Positions 20,348 through 31,133 of a stretch of DNA of 37,475 bases are shown one piece after another. Location of the stretch: sequence record SRR31156797_6736; one strand, given 5' to 3'. The number at the start of each line of letters is the position of its first letter. Position 1 is the first letter of the stretch. The notes under the pieces are model-generated. The model saw nothing but the letters and a program-made list of their open reading frames with translations, was not told the origin of the DNA and searched no databases. The position numbers and the translations under genes are program-made.

Positions 20348-21064
20348 ATGTCCAGCAATGAAAACCAATTCGATGCTCCCGTCATTAAGCTTAGCAACGT
20401 CCTGTTTCAGTGGCCCAATACTGACACAGCGACATTGGATATCGAGCAGCTCACGGTAAAACGAAACGAACACGTTTTTATCAAAGGTCCGAGCGGCTGC
20501 GGCAAATCAACGTTGCTGAGCTTGTTAACCGGAATCAATGCTGCCACACAAGGTCTGGTGGAGTTGTTAGATCAAGACTTAACCCAATTATCATCCAGTC
20601 AAAGAGATCGTTTTCGTGCTGATAACATTGGTTATATTTTTCAGCAATTTAACTTACTGCCTTACCTGTCGGTAGTTGAAAACATCATTTTGCCGTGCCA
20701 GTTTTCCTCCCTACGTAAACAGAATGTTTCTGGCAGCTTAGTTGAGCGAGCGCATGAGTTACTCGACAAGCTTCACCTTCCAGCCGCAGTGAGACAAAAG
20801 CCGGTTATCGATCTGAGTATTGGCCAACAACAGCGTGTTGCAGCGGCAAGAGCCTTAATTGGGGAGCCTAAAATCGTGATTGCAGATGAACCCACTTCGG
20901 CTCTGGATTACGACAATCGCAGCGCATTTATTGAGTTGTTAATGGAAGAAGCCAATCGCGTTGGCTCAACTCTGGTATTTGTCAGTCACGACCCAACGCT
21001 AGAGAGCCTTTTCGAGCGGGTAATCCATCTGCCTGAGATCAATCGTGCGGGAGGCAATTTATGA
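20348..21064 (+). CDS. zrgB: ABC ATP-binding protein (LolD/MacB-like) of the zinc locus
   Basis: GPSGCGKST, GYIFQQFNLLP, LSIGQQQRVAAARAL, ADEPTSALD, VSHD. Confidence 0.82.
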   Translation: MSSNENQFDAPVIKLSNVLFQWPNTDTATLDIEQLTVKRNEHVFIKGPSGCGKSTLLSLLTGINAATQGLVELLDQDLTQLSSSQRDRFRADNIGYIFQQFNLLPYLSVVENIILPCQFSSLRKQNVSGSLVERAHELLDKLHLPAAVRQKPVIDLSIGQQQRVAAARALIGEPKIVIADEPTSALDYDNRSAFIELLMEEANRVGSTLVFVSHDPTLESLFERVIHLPEINRAGGNL

Positions 21065-22320
21065 GCATTATTACTCGATTAGCCTGGAAAAGTTTATTAA
21101 ACCGAAAAACCACCGCCCTACTTACGATCCTGACTGTCGCTATCTCGGTGATATTGCTTATGGGGGTTGAGCGTATTCGAACTCAAGCCAAAAGCAGTTT
21201 CGCCAATACCGTGTCGGGTACTGACTTAATTGTTGGTGGACGTTCAGGACAGGTCAATCTTTTGCTTTATTCCGTTTTTCGTATTGGTAATGCCACCAAT
21301 AACATCGACTGGAAAAGCTATCAGGAATTCAGCAACCACAAATCGGTAAAATGGGCGATCCCAATTTCTCTAGGTGATTCCCACAAAGGCTTCCGCGTAA
21401 TGGGAACCAACCAGAGCTATTTTGACCATTTCCGCTATGGAAGTAAGCAACCACTTACTTTTTCTCAAGGGGAAGCGTTTTCTGACCTTTTTGAAACCGT
21501 CATTGGCTCCGATGTCGCGAAAAAACTCGGATACCAAATTGGCAGTGACATCATTATCGCTCATGGTATCAGTGATGTTGGTTTTAGCCGTCACGACAAT
21601 CTGCCATTCAAAGTCGTTGGAATATTAGCGCCGACAGGCACCCCTGTAGATAAAACGGTTCATGTCTCTTTAGAAGCGATTGAAGCGATACATGTTGGCT
21701 GGGAATCTGGGGCACACTTGGGTAACTCACCAAGTAAAGATCAACTGGAACAGCACAATTTTGAGCCCAAACAAATCACTGCGATGTTAATTGGACTGAA
21801 ATCCCGAATACAGACATTTGCGTTACAAAGACAAATTAACGAATACCGCAAAGAACCACTGAGCGCCATCATGCCTGGTGTGGCTTTGCAAGAGCTGTGG
21901 GGAATGATGTCTGTTGCAGAGCAAGCCTTGATGGCCGTATCGGTATTTGTCGTGATTGCAGGGTTACTGGGAATGTTAAGTAGCCTACTCACCAGCCTGC
22001 AGGAAAGGCGTCGAGAAATGTCTATTTTACGCGCGATGGGGGCGAGGCCAAAACACGTATTCTCACTTCTCGTTAGTGAAGCGAGCGTGTTAACCTTATT
22101 GGGAATTATTGTTGGCCTAACCGGACTCTACGCGCTGTTGCATCTCGCAGCCCCACTGATTGAAAGCCAGTACGGGATTAAAATCCAGCTCGAAGGTATT
22201 TCAAACTACGAGTGGCAACTGTTGGCTTATGTACAATGTGCTGGCATATTAATTGGCTTTATTCCTGCGATTCGAGCTTATCGACAATCTCTCAGCGACG
22301 GAATGACGATTAGGTTATAA
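21061..22320 (+). CDS. zrgC: ABC permease, MacB/FtsX (type VII) architecture
   Basis: TM1, large periplasmic domain (ISLGDSHKGFRVMGT, AHG, RHD), then ERRREMSILRAMGA and three further TMs; ATGA overlap with the ATPase. Confidence 0.82.
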   Translation: MSIITRLAWKSLLNRKTTALLTILTVAISVILLMGVERIRTQAKSSFANTVSGTDLIVGGRSGQVNLLLYSVFRIGNATNNIDWKSYQEFSNHKSVKWAIPISLGDSHKGFRVMGTNQSYFDHFRYGSKQPLTFSQGEAFSDLFETVIGSDVAKKLGYQIGSDIIIAHGISDVGFSRHDNLPFKVVGILAPTGTPVDKTVHVSLEAIEAIHVGWESGAHLGNSPSKDQLEQHNFEPKQITAMLIGLKSRIQTFALQRQINEYRKEPLSAIMPGVALQELWGMMSVAEQALMAVSVFVVIAGLLGMLSSLLTSLQERRREMSILRAMGARPKHVFSLLVSEASVLTLLGIIVGLTGLYALLHLAAPLIESQYGIKIQLEGISNYEWQLLAYVQCAGILIGFIPAIRAYRQSLSDGMTIRL

Positions 22321-22336
22321 ACCTTTAGGAACAAAA

Positions 22337-22837
22337 ATGAAAAAACTGCTTTTATGTATGGTGTTGGTTTTGCTGCCAGCATTTGCATCAACTGTACAGG
22401 CAAATGATGATTTGCTTACTCTGGATTGGATCGACTTAGTACCAGAAAGTGAACGTAATCAGTTTAATCCACAAGGTATGCCTGCAGCTAACCACGACGG
22501 AAATGCTCCAGCACAACAGTCGCCAGTTGGCGCGGTTCGCCCGGAGCTTAACGGGAGTAAAGTTAAAATCCCAGGGTTTGTGATTCCGTTAGAAGGGGAT
22601 GAAAATACCGTCACTGAGTTTTTATTGGTGCCATATTTCGGGGCTTGTATCCACGTGCCACCACCCCCACCAAACCAGATTATCTATGTAAAGTTCCCTG
22701 AAGGCGCTCCTATTCAAGAGCTGTGGGATGTTATCTATGTGATCGGTACTTTAAAAACCGAAACGGTAAGTGTGGATCTTGCAGAAACCGCCTACGTCAT
22801 CGAAGGAACAGAAATTACAGAATACGACGATATGTAG
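22337..22837 (+). CDS. DUF3299 family exported protein, last gene of the zinc operon
   Basis: Signal peptide; W.DL.P, IPGFVIPLE, EFLLVPYFGACIHVPPPPPNQ motif. Confidence 0.85.
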   Translation: MKKLLLCMVLVLLPAFASTVQANDDLLTLDWIDLVPESERNQFNPQGMPAANHDGNAPAQQSPVGAVRPELNGSKVKIPGFVIPLEGDENTVTEFLLVPYFGACIHVPPPPPNQIIYVKFPEGAPIQELWDVIYVIGTLKTETVSVDLAETAYVIEGTEITEYDDM

Positions 22838-22866
22838 TCTGTAACTTAGATTAAATGTTAAAAACT

Positions 22867-22967
22867 AAGTACTGGTAGATTGCTCTGCTCTATCATATGT
22901 AACTGGACAGGTAACCCAACACAGATATATATAGAGCAAAGAGTAGAGCAGTCGACAAGTACTTTTT
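22867..22967 (+). repeat. Long imperfect inverted repeat followed by a T run
   Basis: AAGTACTggtaGATTGCTCTGCTCT ... AGAGTAGAGCAGTCgacaAGTACTT-TTT. Confidence 0.65.
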
Positions 22968-23149
22968 AAATGAGTGATCTTTCCAATACTTCATAAGCAC
23001 CTCACAAACACTGATAACAATTTTAACAAGTTATTATCATTTGTGGTAGCGCAAATTTATGCATTTTATTCAATAGTTTCACTAGCCGACTCATTTAATA
23101 CGGGGTACATTTTAATCCATATCGATAAGCTGCTGCCCTTAGGAATGTT

Positions 23150-24046
23150 ATGGCCGACAAGAAAGAGCCTGTTGTTATAGAGCATGAGCCGACAACAGAG
23201 AGAAGTCAGGAAAAAAAATCAAACTACGTGAAAGACAGTGCAAGTAGGCTCTCATCTATCGCTCAACAGCACGGTATTGATGCCCTATTACACCGAGTTC
23301 CTCCGCAAAAGACACCGCTGGAAAGAGCACTCAAGCGAGAACGCGAACTCAAAGCGCAGCAGCAGAAAAACCTCGAACACATCATCAAACTGTCCCATGC
23401 CTCATGTAAAAACGAAACGGCAGGCGATCCTGATCAGGACTGGTTATTCCGCTTCTTTGAAATGGCTCAAGACATTCATAACTCGTCAATGCAACGCCTT
23501 TGGGCTCAGGTACTAAAACGAGAAGTCACCAACCCCGGTTTTACTTCGATGAAAGCGCTCAACGTCCTGAAAGATATGACCCCGAAAGAGGCGCAAATTC
23601 TTCAACGTGCAGCGGCTTTATCCTGCAGCTTCGGCAGTGATCCCAGCCTTAAACTGTTATTCGGCATGAAAATACCTAGCGGTTTGTTCAGTCTCGGCAA
23701 ACGTGACTCAGTTTCGACGATCAATATTGGCAATCACCAGTTACCTTATTCCAGCTTGCTGGTATTAATCGAGTTGGGGTTAGTGCACGCAACAGAATTA
23801 GAGTCCGGAGAAATTGAGATCGATCCGCCACTATTATTAAGTTATCAGGGAAAAAACCTCTCCTTGCAGGCGTCATCAAAAGGGGTAAAACTGCTGTACT
23901 ACCGCTTTAGCCCAACCGGAAACGAACTCTGTCGTCTGCTCGGTCATAAACCCAATATGCAGTATTACGATCAGGTCGTGGCAATGTTGAGCCAGAAGTT
24001 CACCGTCCATACCGATGTGAAAAGCTCAATCCATCACACAGTATAA
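23150..24046 (+). CDS. Conserved hypothetical protein, TIGR03899/DUF2806-like
   Basis: DPDQDWLFRFFEMA.DI....MQRLWAQVLKREV.NPG..SMKAL and YYRFSPTGNEL motifs; AGGA SD. Confidence 0.75.
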   Translation: MADKKEPVVIEHEPTTERSQEKKSNYVKDSASRLSSIAQQHGIDALLHRVPPQKTPLERALKRERELKAQQQKNLEHIIKLSHASCKNETAGDPDQDWLFRFFEMAQDIHNSSMQRLWAQVLKREVTNPGFTSMKALNVLKDMTPKEAQILQRAAALSCSFGSDPSLKLLFGMKIPSGLFSLGKRDSVSTINIGNHQLPYSSLLVLIELGLVHATELESGEIEIDPPLLLSYQGKNLSLQASSKGVKLLYYRFSPTGNELCRLLGHKPNMQYYDQVVAMLSQKFTVHTDVKSSIHHTV

Positions 24047-24068
24047 ACAAACGAAGCTCAGAAAAAAT

Positions 24069-24094
24069 AAAAGTCAGGCAATGCCTGACTTTTT
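24069..24094. terminator. Bidirectional intrinsic terminator between the TIGR03899-like gene and cysC
   Basis: AAAAGTCAGGCA-A-TGCCTGACTTTTT. Confidence 0.87.
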
Positions 24095-24116
24095 AGTTAT
24101 TGAGATGCTATTACAG

Positions 24117-24737
24117 CTACTGAAACACGATCTTCCGTTTCGCTAATTCAGCAATACATAAATCCACTAATCTATCGATACTCTCATCACCAGCAGGTAG
24201 ATCAATTTCAGGCGTTAACGGCTCTTCATAAGCCGAATCGATACCAGTAAAGTTAGCAATTTCACCAGCACGTGCTTTCTTGTACAAACCTTTAGGATCA
24301 CGTTGTTCGCATACTTCCAGAGTAGTATTCACAAACACTTCAATAAACTCACCTTCAGGCAGCAGATCGCGAACCATCTGACGCTCCGCTCTGTGCGGAG
24401 AGATAAATGCAGTCAATACGATTAAACCTGCATCAGCCATCAGCTTGGCTAACTCACCAATTCGGCGAATATTTTCACGACGATCCTGCTCTGAAAAACC
24501 TAAGTCACTACATAATCCATGGCGAACATTGTCACCATCTAGCAAATAAGTGTGGTACCCAAGCTGAGCCAAACGAGTTTCAACCGCTCCAGCAATCGTA
24601 GACTTACCCGCGCCAGATAAGCCAGTAAACCACAGCACTGCGGGCTTTTGTTGTTTCAACTCAGCACGAAGGTTTTTATCCACCGCGTGTTGATGCCAAA
24701 CCACATTTTCATCTTTAGTGCCTAACGCAGAATCCAT
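24117..24737 (-). CDS. cysC: Adenylyl-sulfate (APS) kinase
   Basis: [44 protein letters not shown]; start 24737 has AAGGA SD (alternative 24755). Confidence 0.95.
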   Translation of the reverse strand: MDSALGTKDENVVWHQHAVDKNLRAELKQQKPAVLWFTGLSGAGKSTIAGAVETRLAQLGYHTYLLDGDNVRHGLCSDLGFSEQDRRENIRRIGELAKLMADAGLIVLTAFISPHRAERQMVRDLLPEGEFIEVFVNTTLEVCEQRDPKGLYKKARAGEIANFTGIDSAYEEPLTPEIDLPAGDESIDRLVDLCIAELAKRKIVFQ

Positions 24738-24762
24738 TACGTTTTCCTTTTTCATCTGACTA

Positions 24763-26193
24763 TTAAGACTTTAGCAGTTGGCTTAAATCTTTCGCGTCCC
24801 AATGTGGGAAATGTTTACGAATCAATGCATTCAGTTCTACTTCAAACGCTGAAAACTGACCTTGCTCTTGAACAATGCTTTGTAAGCTATCACGAACCAA
24901 ACCGGCACCTACCGTCACGTTAGTTAGGCGATCGATAACAATGAAACCGCCGGTATCAGCACAATCAAGATACTTATCCAGAGCCACTGCTTCATTAAAC
25001 GTCCACTCACACAGACCAATACCGTTTAGCGGTAGTTCTTCTGTTTGGTAAGTAGATAAGTTGTTAATGTCGTACTGATGACGAATTGACTGAATTTGGC
25101 CAACGCTCTTCTTACCCGCGATCTTAATATCGTAATCACGACCAGGTTTAAGAGGCTGCTCGGTCATCCATACCACGTCTGCTAGCAGGTGATTGGTTGA
25201 TTCTATTTGTGCATTGTCTAACACAATCAGATCGCCACGGCTGATATCAATTTCATCTGCTAAAGTGAGAGTGACGGCTAAACCCGCTTGAGCGGTTTCT
25301 AAATCGCCATCAAAAGTCACAATGCGCGCGACTGTCGAAGTTTTTCCTGACGGAAGCGCTTTAATCTTGTCGCCAACACTGATTGAACCTGATGAGATAG
25401 TGCCTGCAAAACCACGGAAATCTAAGTTTGGACGATTCACGTACTGAACAGGGAAACGGAATTCACCGCTGCCTTTCTCTTGGTCAATATCGACATTTTC
25501 CAAAAGCTCTAGTAGTGATGGTCCCTGATGCCAGCTTAGGTTTTCACCTTTATCAACAACGTTATCACCTTCTAAAGCTGAGATAGGGATAATTTGAATA
25601 TCTGTCTCACCTTGCAGGTGCTTAGAAAATTCTAAGTATTCGTCACGAATCTCTTCAAAGCGTGTTTGTGAATACTCCACCAGATCCATCTTATTTACAG
25701 CAACGATAAAGTGCTTAAGCCCCAGCAAGTTGGAAATAAACGAGTGACGACGCGTTTGATCCAATACGCCTTTACGAGCATCAATCAAGATAACCGCAAG
25801 GTCACAGGTTGAAGCACCTGTCGCCATGTTACGTGTATATTGCTCATGTCCCGGAGTATCAGAGATGATGAACTTACGCTTCTGCGTTGAGAAGTAACGA
25901 TAAGCCACATCAATGGTAATTCCCTGTTCTCGTTCTGCTTGTAGACCATCCACCAGCAATGCTAAATCAGGACGTTCACCGGTAGTACCCACACGTTGGC
26001 TGTCTGAGTGAACTGCGGCTAACTGATCTTCATAAATTTGTTTTGAGTCGTGTAGCAGACGACCAATTAAGGTACTTTTACCATCATCTACAGAACCACA
26101 AGTTAGGAATCTAAGTAGAGATTTGTGTTGGTGTTGATTCAGGTAACCTTCGATACCGAGCTCTAATAGCTCTGCTTGAATTGCACTATTCAT
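24763..26193 (-). CDS. cysN: Sulfate adenylyltransferase subunit 1 (GTPase)
   Basis: [52 protein letters not shown]. Confidence 0.97.
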   Translation of the reverse strand: MNSAIQAELLELGIEGYLNQHQHKSLLRFLTCGSVDDGKSTLIGRLLHDSKQIYEDQLAAVHSDSQRVGTTGERPDLALLVDGLQAEREQGITIDVAYRYFSTQKRKFIISDTPGHEQYTRNMATGASTCDLAVILIDARKGVLDQTRRHSFISNLLGLKHFIVAVNKMDLVEYSQTRFEEIRDEYLEFSKHLQGETDIQIIPISALEGDNVVDKGENLSWHQGPSLLELLENVDIDQEKGSGEFRFPVQYVNRPNLDFRGFAGTISSGSISVGDKIKALPSGKTSTVARIVTFDGDLETAQAGLAVTLTLADEIDISRGDLIVLDNAQIESTNHLLADVVWMTEQPLKPGRDYDIKIAGKKSVGQIQSIRHQYDINNLSTYQTEELPLNGIGLCEWTFNEAVALDKYLDCADTGGFIVIDRLTNVTVGAGLVRDSLQSIVQEQGQFSAFEVELNALIRKHFPHWDAKDLSQLLKS

Positions 26194-26210
26194 TCTGTTC
26201 CCTTAGATCC

Positions 26211-27119
26211 TTAGAAATAACCTTGGCGTTTCTTCATTTCCATCGATCCTGACTGATCGTGGTCGATCGCACGTCCCTGACGTTCGCTGGATGTTGCAAC
26301 CAACATCTCTTCAATAATTTCAGTCAAGGTGCTGGCTTCTGATTCGATCGCTCCGGTTAATGGGTAGCAACCCAAGGTACGGAATCGAACACTCTTATGT
26401 TGAACTTCTTCGTGAGGCTGAATGTCCATGCGATCATCATCAACCATGATCAACATGCCGTCACGCTCAACCACTGGGCGAACCGCTGAAAGATAAAGTG
26501 GGACAATTTCGATATTTTCCAGATAGATGTATTGCCAGATATCCAACTCAGTCCAGTTTGAAAGTGGGAAAACACGAATGCTCTCGCCCTTGTTGATCTG
26601 ACCGTTATAAGTTTTCCATAGCTCTGGACGCTGATTCTTTGGATCCCACGTATGGTTCTTATCTCGGAAAGAGTAAACACGCTCTTTCGCGCGAGATTTC
26701 TCTTCATCACGACGAGCACCGCCAAACGCGGCATCAAAACCATACTTGTTCAAAGCTTGTTTCAAGCCTTGAGTTTTCATGATGTCAGTGTGCTTTGAAG
26801 AACCGTGAACGAATGGGCTAATCCCCATTTCCATACCTTCTGGGTTTTTGTGCACCAATAGCTCAAAACCGTATTTCTTCGCTGTTTCATCACGGAATGA
26901 AATCATGTCGCGAAATTTCCAGTCAGTATCGACATGCAACAGAGGGAAAGGAATTTTTCCTGGGTAGAACGCTTTACGCGCTAAATGAAGCATCACCGAT
27001 GAATCTTTACCGATCGAATACATCATTACAGGGTTTGCAAATTCCGCAGCGACTTCACGAATAATGTGAATGCTTTCTGCCTCAAGCTGTTTTAAATGGG
27101 TTAAACGTTGTTGATCCAT
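26211..27119 (-). CDS. cysD: Sulfate adenylyltransferase subunit 2
   Basis: [41 protein letters not shown]-terminal KKRQGYF. Confidence 0.97.
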   Translation of the reverse strand: MDQQRLTHLKQLEAESIHIIREVAAEFANPVMMYSIGKDSSVMLHLARKAFYPGKIPFPLLHVDTDWKFRDMISFRDETAKKYGFELLVHKNPEGMEMGISPFVHGSSKHTDIMKTQGLKQALNKYGFDAAFGGARRDEEKSRAKERVYSFRDKNHTWDPKNQRPELWKTYNGQINKGESIRVFPLSNWTELDIWQYIYLENIEIVPLYLSAVRPVVERDGMLIMVDDDRMDIQPHEEVQHKSVRFRTLGCYPLTGAIESEASTLTEIIEEMLVATSSERQGRAIDHDQSGSMEMKKRQGYF

Positions 27120-27201
27120 TTTTTGTGCTTCCTTTTAGCTGCCTTATGGCTTGTCAGGCTTAAGCTTTATAAGATTAAAAAAGCCCGACTAATAAATAGT
27201 T

Positions 27202-28080
27202 TTATGCGTATTGATACTGGTCTTGATGAGTTGAGCTGTCGTTAAACCATTGAAGTTTGTCCGCTAACGTGACCACTTCTCCAATCACAATCAGAGATGG
27301 AGATTGAGCATGAGTCGCAAGCTGTGGCAACTCACTGAGTTGACCGCGAAATACTTTCTGTGACGATTGAGTGCCACGCTCGATAATCGCAATCGGGGTC
27401 GACGCACTGCGTCCATGTTCAATTAGCTGCTGAGCAATCGTGCTGGATTTCATTAAACCCATATAAATCACTAACGTCTGATTGCCTCGAGCGAGCGTTG
27501 ACCAGTCCATATCCGAAGCTTCCGCTTTTAGATGACCCGTCACAAAAAGTGCCGATTGTGCAAAATCACGATGAGTCAAAGGGATACCAGCATAAGCGGT
27601 CGCGCCCGCTGCGGCTGTAATACCAGGGATGACCTGAAACTTGATCCCTGCATCAAACAGCACTTCCAGCTCTTCACCACCTCGGCCAAACATAAATGGA
27701 TCGCCACCTTTAATGCGAACCACTCGGTGACCTTGCTTAGCAAAATCGACTAATAGCTGATTGGTCTTTTCCTGAGGAACACTGTGGTGACCCGCGCGTT
27801 TCCCTACGCAAACCAGAATGCTGTCACTAGGAACTAAAGCCATAATGTCGTCAGAGACCAAGTAGTCATAGAGCACAACATCCGCTTGTTGAAGAAAATT
27901 AAGCGCTTTTATGGTTAGTAGCTCAGGATCGCCAGGACCTGCACCAACCAATGCAACCTCGCCAGGCTGTAACTGACTGCGAGAAATCGTCGTCCATTTA
28001 CTTTCCAATGCTGTTCCATCCACCGCAACTAATCGTGGAGATTGCTTCGATAGCGTTGCAACGTTTTCTGAGCCAGCCAT
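27202..28080 (-). CDS. cobA: Uroporphyrinogen-III C-methyltransferase (SUMT; CysG methyltransferase domain only)
   Basis: [43 protein letters not shown]; start uncertain (28080 has AAGGA SD; 28089 and 28113 possible). Confidence 0.9.
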   Translation of the reverse strand: MAGSENVATLSKQSPRLVAVDGTALESKWTTISRSQLQPGEVALVGAGPGDPELLTIKALNFLQQADVVLYDYLVSDDIMALVPSDSILVCVGKRAGHHSVPQEKTNQLLVDFAKQGHRVVRIKGGDPFMFGRGGEELEVLFDAGIKFQVIPGITAAAGATAYAGIPLTHRDFAQSALFVTGHLKAEASDMDWSTLARGNQTLVIYMGLMKSSTIAQQLIEHGRSASTPIAIIERGTQSSQKVFRGQLSELPQLATHAQSPSLIVIGEVVTLADKLQWFNDSSTHQDQYQYA

Positions 28081-28253
28081 GTTTGTCATCCTTTGAACAA
28101 TTAATAACTGCATTATGGTGGCATCTTCTTATTACCTGAAATTCTAAAATTTCATTTTTTATTCGAAAAACTGATAAGTAGTTGGCATGGTGGGAACAGA
28201 AGGGTAACTAATGATTCTATAATGAAGGGCTAACTGAGTGACAAAGTGGTGCG

Positions 28254-28307
28254 AAATGGTGACAAATAGCACCAAAGTTGCCCAATTAGATGCTCAACTT
28301 CACAATT
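28254..28307. promoter_or_regulatory. Possible CRP sites upstream of cpdB
   Basis: aaatGGTGA-N6-GCACC (28258-28273) and GATGC-N6-TCACAatt (28289-28304) partly match TGTGA-N6-TCACA; cpdB is CRP-controlled in enterobacteria. Confidence 0.4.
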
Positions 28308-28386
28308 CGATCGAATGTGAAATCATTGTTTCATAATAACTTGATACATTAGTCGAGTTATCACACTTTATTAATTGGAGTACACA

Positions 28387-30348
28387 ATGACAGTTGCAGT
28401 CAAACCTCTATCTATTGCCATTTTAGGTGGTTTGTTGACCATGGCCGGTCCTTCTATGGCTGATACCATCAAATTACGTATTATCGAGACAACCGATATT
28501 CATACCAACGTGATGGATTATGACTACTACAAAGACAAACCCTCTGAAAAAATTGGTCTTACTCGCGCAGCGACACTGGTGAAACAAGCGCGTGAAGAAG
28601 CGACTAACAGCATTCTGGTTGATAACGGTGATTTGATTCAAGGCAGCCCGATGGGCGACTACATGGCTGCGAAAGGTATTGAGCCAGGTGAAGTGCACCC
28701 AGTTTATAAAGCAATGAACCAGTTAACTTACGATGTGGGTAATATTGGTAACCATGAATTTAACTACGGCATGGATTTCTTAAAAGAGACCATTAACGAT
28801 GCTAAGTTCCCGTATGTAAACGCCAACGTCTACAACGCAACCACTGGCGAGCATATCTTTAATCCTTACCTAATAAAAACTCATACTTTTAAAGATATTG
28901 ATGGTAACGAACACCAAGTAAAAGTGGGTTACATCGGCTTTGTTCCACCACAAATAATGGTGTGGGATAAGAAAAACCTTGAAGGCAAGGTAATCGCACG
29001 CGATATCAAGAAAACCGCTGAAAAACTGATCCCGGAAATGAAAGCACAAGGTGCTGACGTCATCGTCGCCATCCCTCACTCTGGTATCTCAACAGAAGAG
29101 TACCAAGTGGGTGCTGAAAACTCGGTTTACTACTTATCACAAGTTGAAGGGATTGATGCAATCGCATTTGGTCACTCGCACGCAGTATTCCCAAGTAAAG
29201 AATTTGCCAACGTTGCTGGCGCGGATGTTGAAAAAGGTACACTTAATGGCGTAACCGCAGTGATGCCTGGACGTTGGGGCAGCCACGTTGGTGTCATGGA
29301 TTTAACTCTAGAGCAGAAAGATGGCAAATGGGCTGTGACTAACGGCCAGTCAGAAGCTCGACCAATCTTCGATAAGGCAAGCAAGAAGGCACTAGTTGAA
29401 CCTGATGCTGGTATCGTAAAAGCATTAGAAGCTGACCATAAAGGTACGCGTGACTTTGTGAACCAGCCAATTGGTAAATCAAACGATGTAATGTACAGCT
29501 TCTTGGCGTTAGTGCAGGATGACCCAACCGTTCAGATCGTCAGTCTGGCGCAAAAAGATTATGTTGAGCGTTTCATTCAAGGCGACCCGAACCTAGACGG
29601 CTTGCCTGTGCTTTCAGCCGCAGCTCCATTTAAAGCTGGCGGCCGTAAGAACGATCCATCCAACTTCACTGAAGTAGAGTCTGGTGAACTGACTTTCCGT
29701 AATGCAGCGGACCTTTACCTATACCCGAATACGTTGGTTGCACTCAAAGTCACAGGCAAAGAAGTCAAAGAGTGGCTGGAATGTTCAGCAGGCCAGTTCA
29801 AGCAAATTGACGTGAACTCAACAGCGCCACAATCGTTAATCGACTGGGATGGCTTCCGTACTTATAACTTCGATGTTATCGACGGCGTAAACTACCAAAT
29901 CGATATCACGCAACCTGCGAAATACGATGGCAGCTGTAAAGTGGTTAATGCTGACTCTCAGCGTATTGTTAACCTGACGAACAAAGGCAAGCCAATCGAT
30001 ACAGCGCAAACCTTCCTGATTGCGACCAACAACTACCGTGCATACAGCAACAAGTTCCCGGGCACAGGTTCAGATTTCATCGCCTTTGATTCACCAGATG
30101 AAAACCGTACTGTGGTTGCCGATTACATTGCACGCGTAAGTAAAGAGCAAGGCGAAGTCACACCAAGCGCAGATAACAACTGGTCATTTGCACCAATTAA
30201 GTCAAAAACGAAATTGGATATCCGCTTCGAAACTTCACCAAGTGAAAAAGCAGCGAAGTTCATCAAAGAGAAAGGCCAATACCCAATGGAATTGGTTGGA
30301 ACTGATGAAGTAGGTTTTGGTATTTACCGCATAGATCTACAAAAATAA
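28387..30348 (+). CDS. cpdB: Periplasmic 2',3'-cyclic-nucleotide 2'-phosphodiesterase / 3'-nucleotidase
   Basis: Signal peptide; [27 protein letters not shown] metallophosphoesterase motifs; [18 protein letters not shown] before ATG 28387. Confidence 0.96.
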   Translation: MTVAVKPLSIAILGGLLTMAGPSMADTIKLRIIETTDIHTNVMDYDYYKDKPSEKIGLTRAATLVKQAREEATNSILVDNGDLIQGSPMGDYMAAKGIEPGEVHPVYKAMNQLTYDVGNIGNHEFNYGMDFLKETINDAKFPYVNANVYNATTGEHIFNPYLIKTHTFKDIDGNEHQVKVGYIGFVPPQIMVWDKKNLEGKVIARDIKKTAEKLIPEMKAQGADVIVAIPHSGISTEEYQVGAENSVYYLSQVEGIDAIAFGHSHAVFPSKEFANVAGADVEKGTLNGVTAVMPGRWGSHVGVMDLTLEQKDGKWAVTNGQSEARPIFDKASKKALVEPDAGIVKALEADHKGTRDFVNQPIGKSNDVMYSFLALVQDDPTVQIVSLAQKDYVERFIQGDPNLDGLPVLSAAAPFKAGGRKNDPSNFTEVESGELTFRNAADLYLYPNTLVALKVTGKEVKEWLECSAGQFKQIDVNSTAPQSLIDWDGFRTYNFDVIDGVNYQIDITQPAKYDGSCKVVNADSQRIVNLTNKGKPIDTAQTFLIATNNYRAYSNKFPGTGSDFIAFDSPDENRTVVADYIARVSKEQGEVTPSADNNWSFAPIKSKTKLDIRFETSPSEKAAKFIKEKGQYPMELVGTDEVGFGIYRIDLQK

Positions 30349-30369
30349 ATCTAGATTCCGTAAAGTATC

Positions 30370-30396
30370 AGCCGCAGCAACCGCTGCGGCTTTTTT
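30370..30396 (+). terminator. Intrinsic terminator after cpdB
   Basis: AGCCGCAGC-AACC-GCTGCGGCT followed by a T run. Confidence 0.88.
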
Positions 30397-30413
30397 ATTT
30401 GGGATAACGGGTA

Positions 30414-31016
30414 ATGACAATACAGGATCAAGCTGTCCACGATAACTTTATACAACAAATGCTGGAATATGGCTTCAGTGACGAAGAAGCGCGTCAGCTA
30501 TTTAAAGTATCTTCTCCGCTTGAGCTTCCGACTCGTCACATTCTGGTCAATCAAGGGCAAATGGCCAGCCATCTGTATTTTGTCAGTCACGGAATATGCC
30601 ACGCCAGTTACCTGACCGAAGAAGGCAAAACCTTCAGCAAAGAATTCTATTGGGAACAGGACTGGATCATTGGGTTTGAAAGCCTAATTAAACAAGCACC
30701 CTACCCTTATCTGCTTGAAACACTGAGCCCAGTCACGTTGCTGTGTTTGCCAATCGAGTATTTGAATCAGTGGAGAGAAACCTCGCATCCCCTTTATATC
30801 AAGTTACTTGAAACCCAATTGATGCATAAGGAAAACAAGGAAAGATTTATGCTTTTGTATCGCCCAGAGCAGAGATACCAAATTATGTGTCAGCAGTTTC
30901 CCGATTTAATGAAACGGCTCAGCGACATTCACGTTGCCGCTTATCTGGGAATTACCCCAATCAGTTTAAGCCGCATTAAAGCGCGACTTAGGGACGCTTT
31001 ATTTCTGAAAATTTAA
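30414..31016 (+). CDS. Crp/Fnr family transcriptional regulator
   Basis: N-terminal cNMP-binding-like fold (LVNQGQ....LYFV..G) and C-terminal HTH VAAYLGITPISLSRIK. Confidence 0.85.
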   Translation: MTIQDQAVHDNFIQQMLEYGFSDEEARQLFKVSSPLELPTRHILVNQGQMASHLYFVSHGICHASYLTEEGKTFSKEFYWEQDWIIGFESLIKQAPYPYLLETLSPVTLLCLPIEYLNQWRETSHPLYIKLLETQLMHKENKERFMLLYRPEQRYQIMCQQFPDLMKRLSDIHVAAYLGITPISLSRIKARLRDALFLKI

Positions 31017-31133
31017 ATCGCAGATTTACAAATGAATATCGAACGCGAACTCGCATAAATCTCCACCGAGCCTTCCATGCCTCGGAGGGTTTGCTTATCG
31101 ATACCCATTTATAAACAAGGTAACGACCTAAAG

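Noticed and set aside
22974-23180. 68-aa ORF upstream of the TIGR03899-like gene
   Set aside because: GTG start without a convincing SD, AT-rich promoter-like composition, overlaps the next gene; no family features
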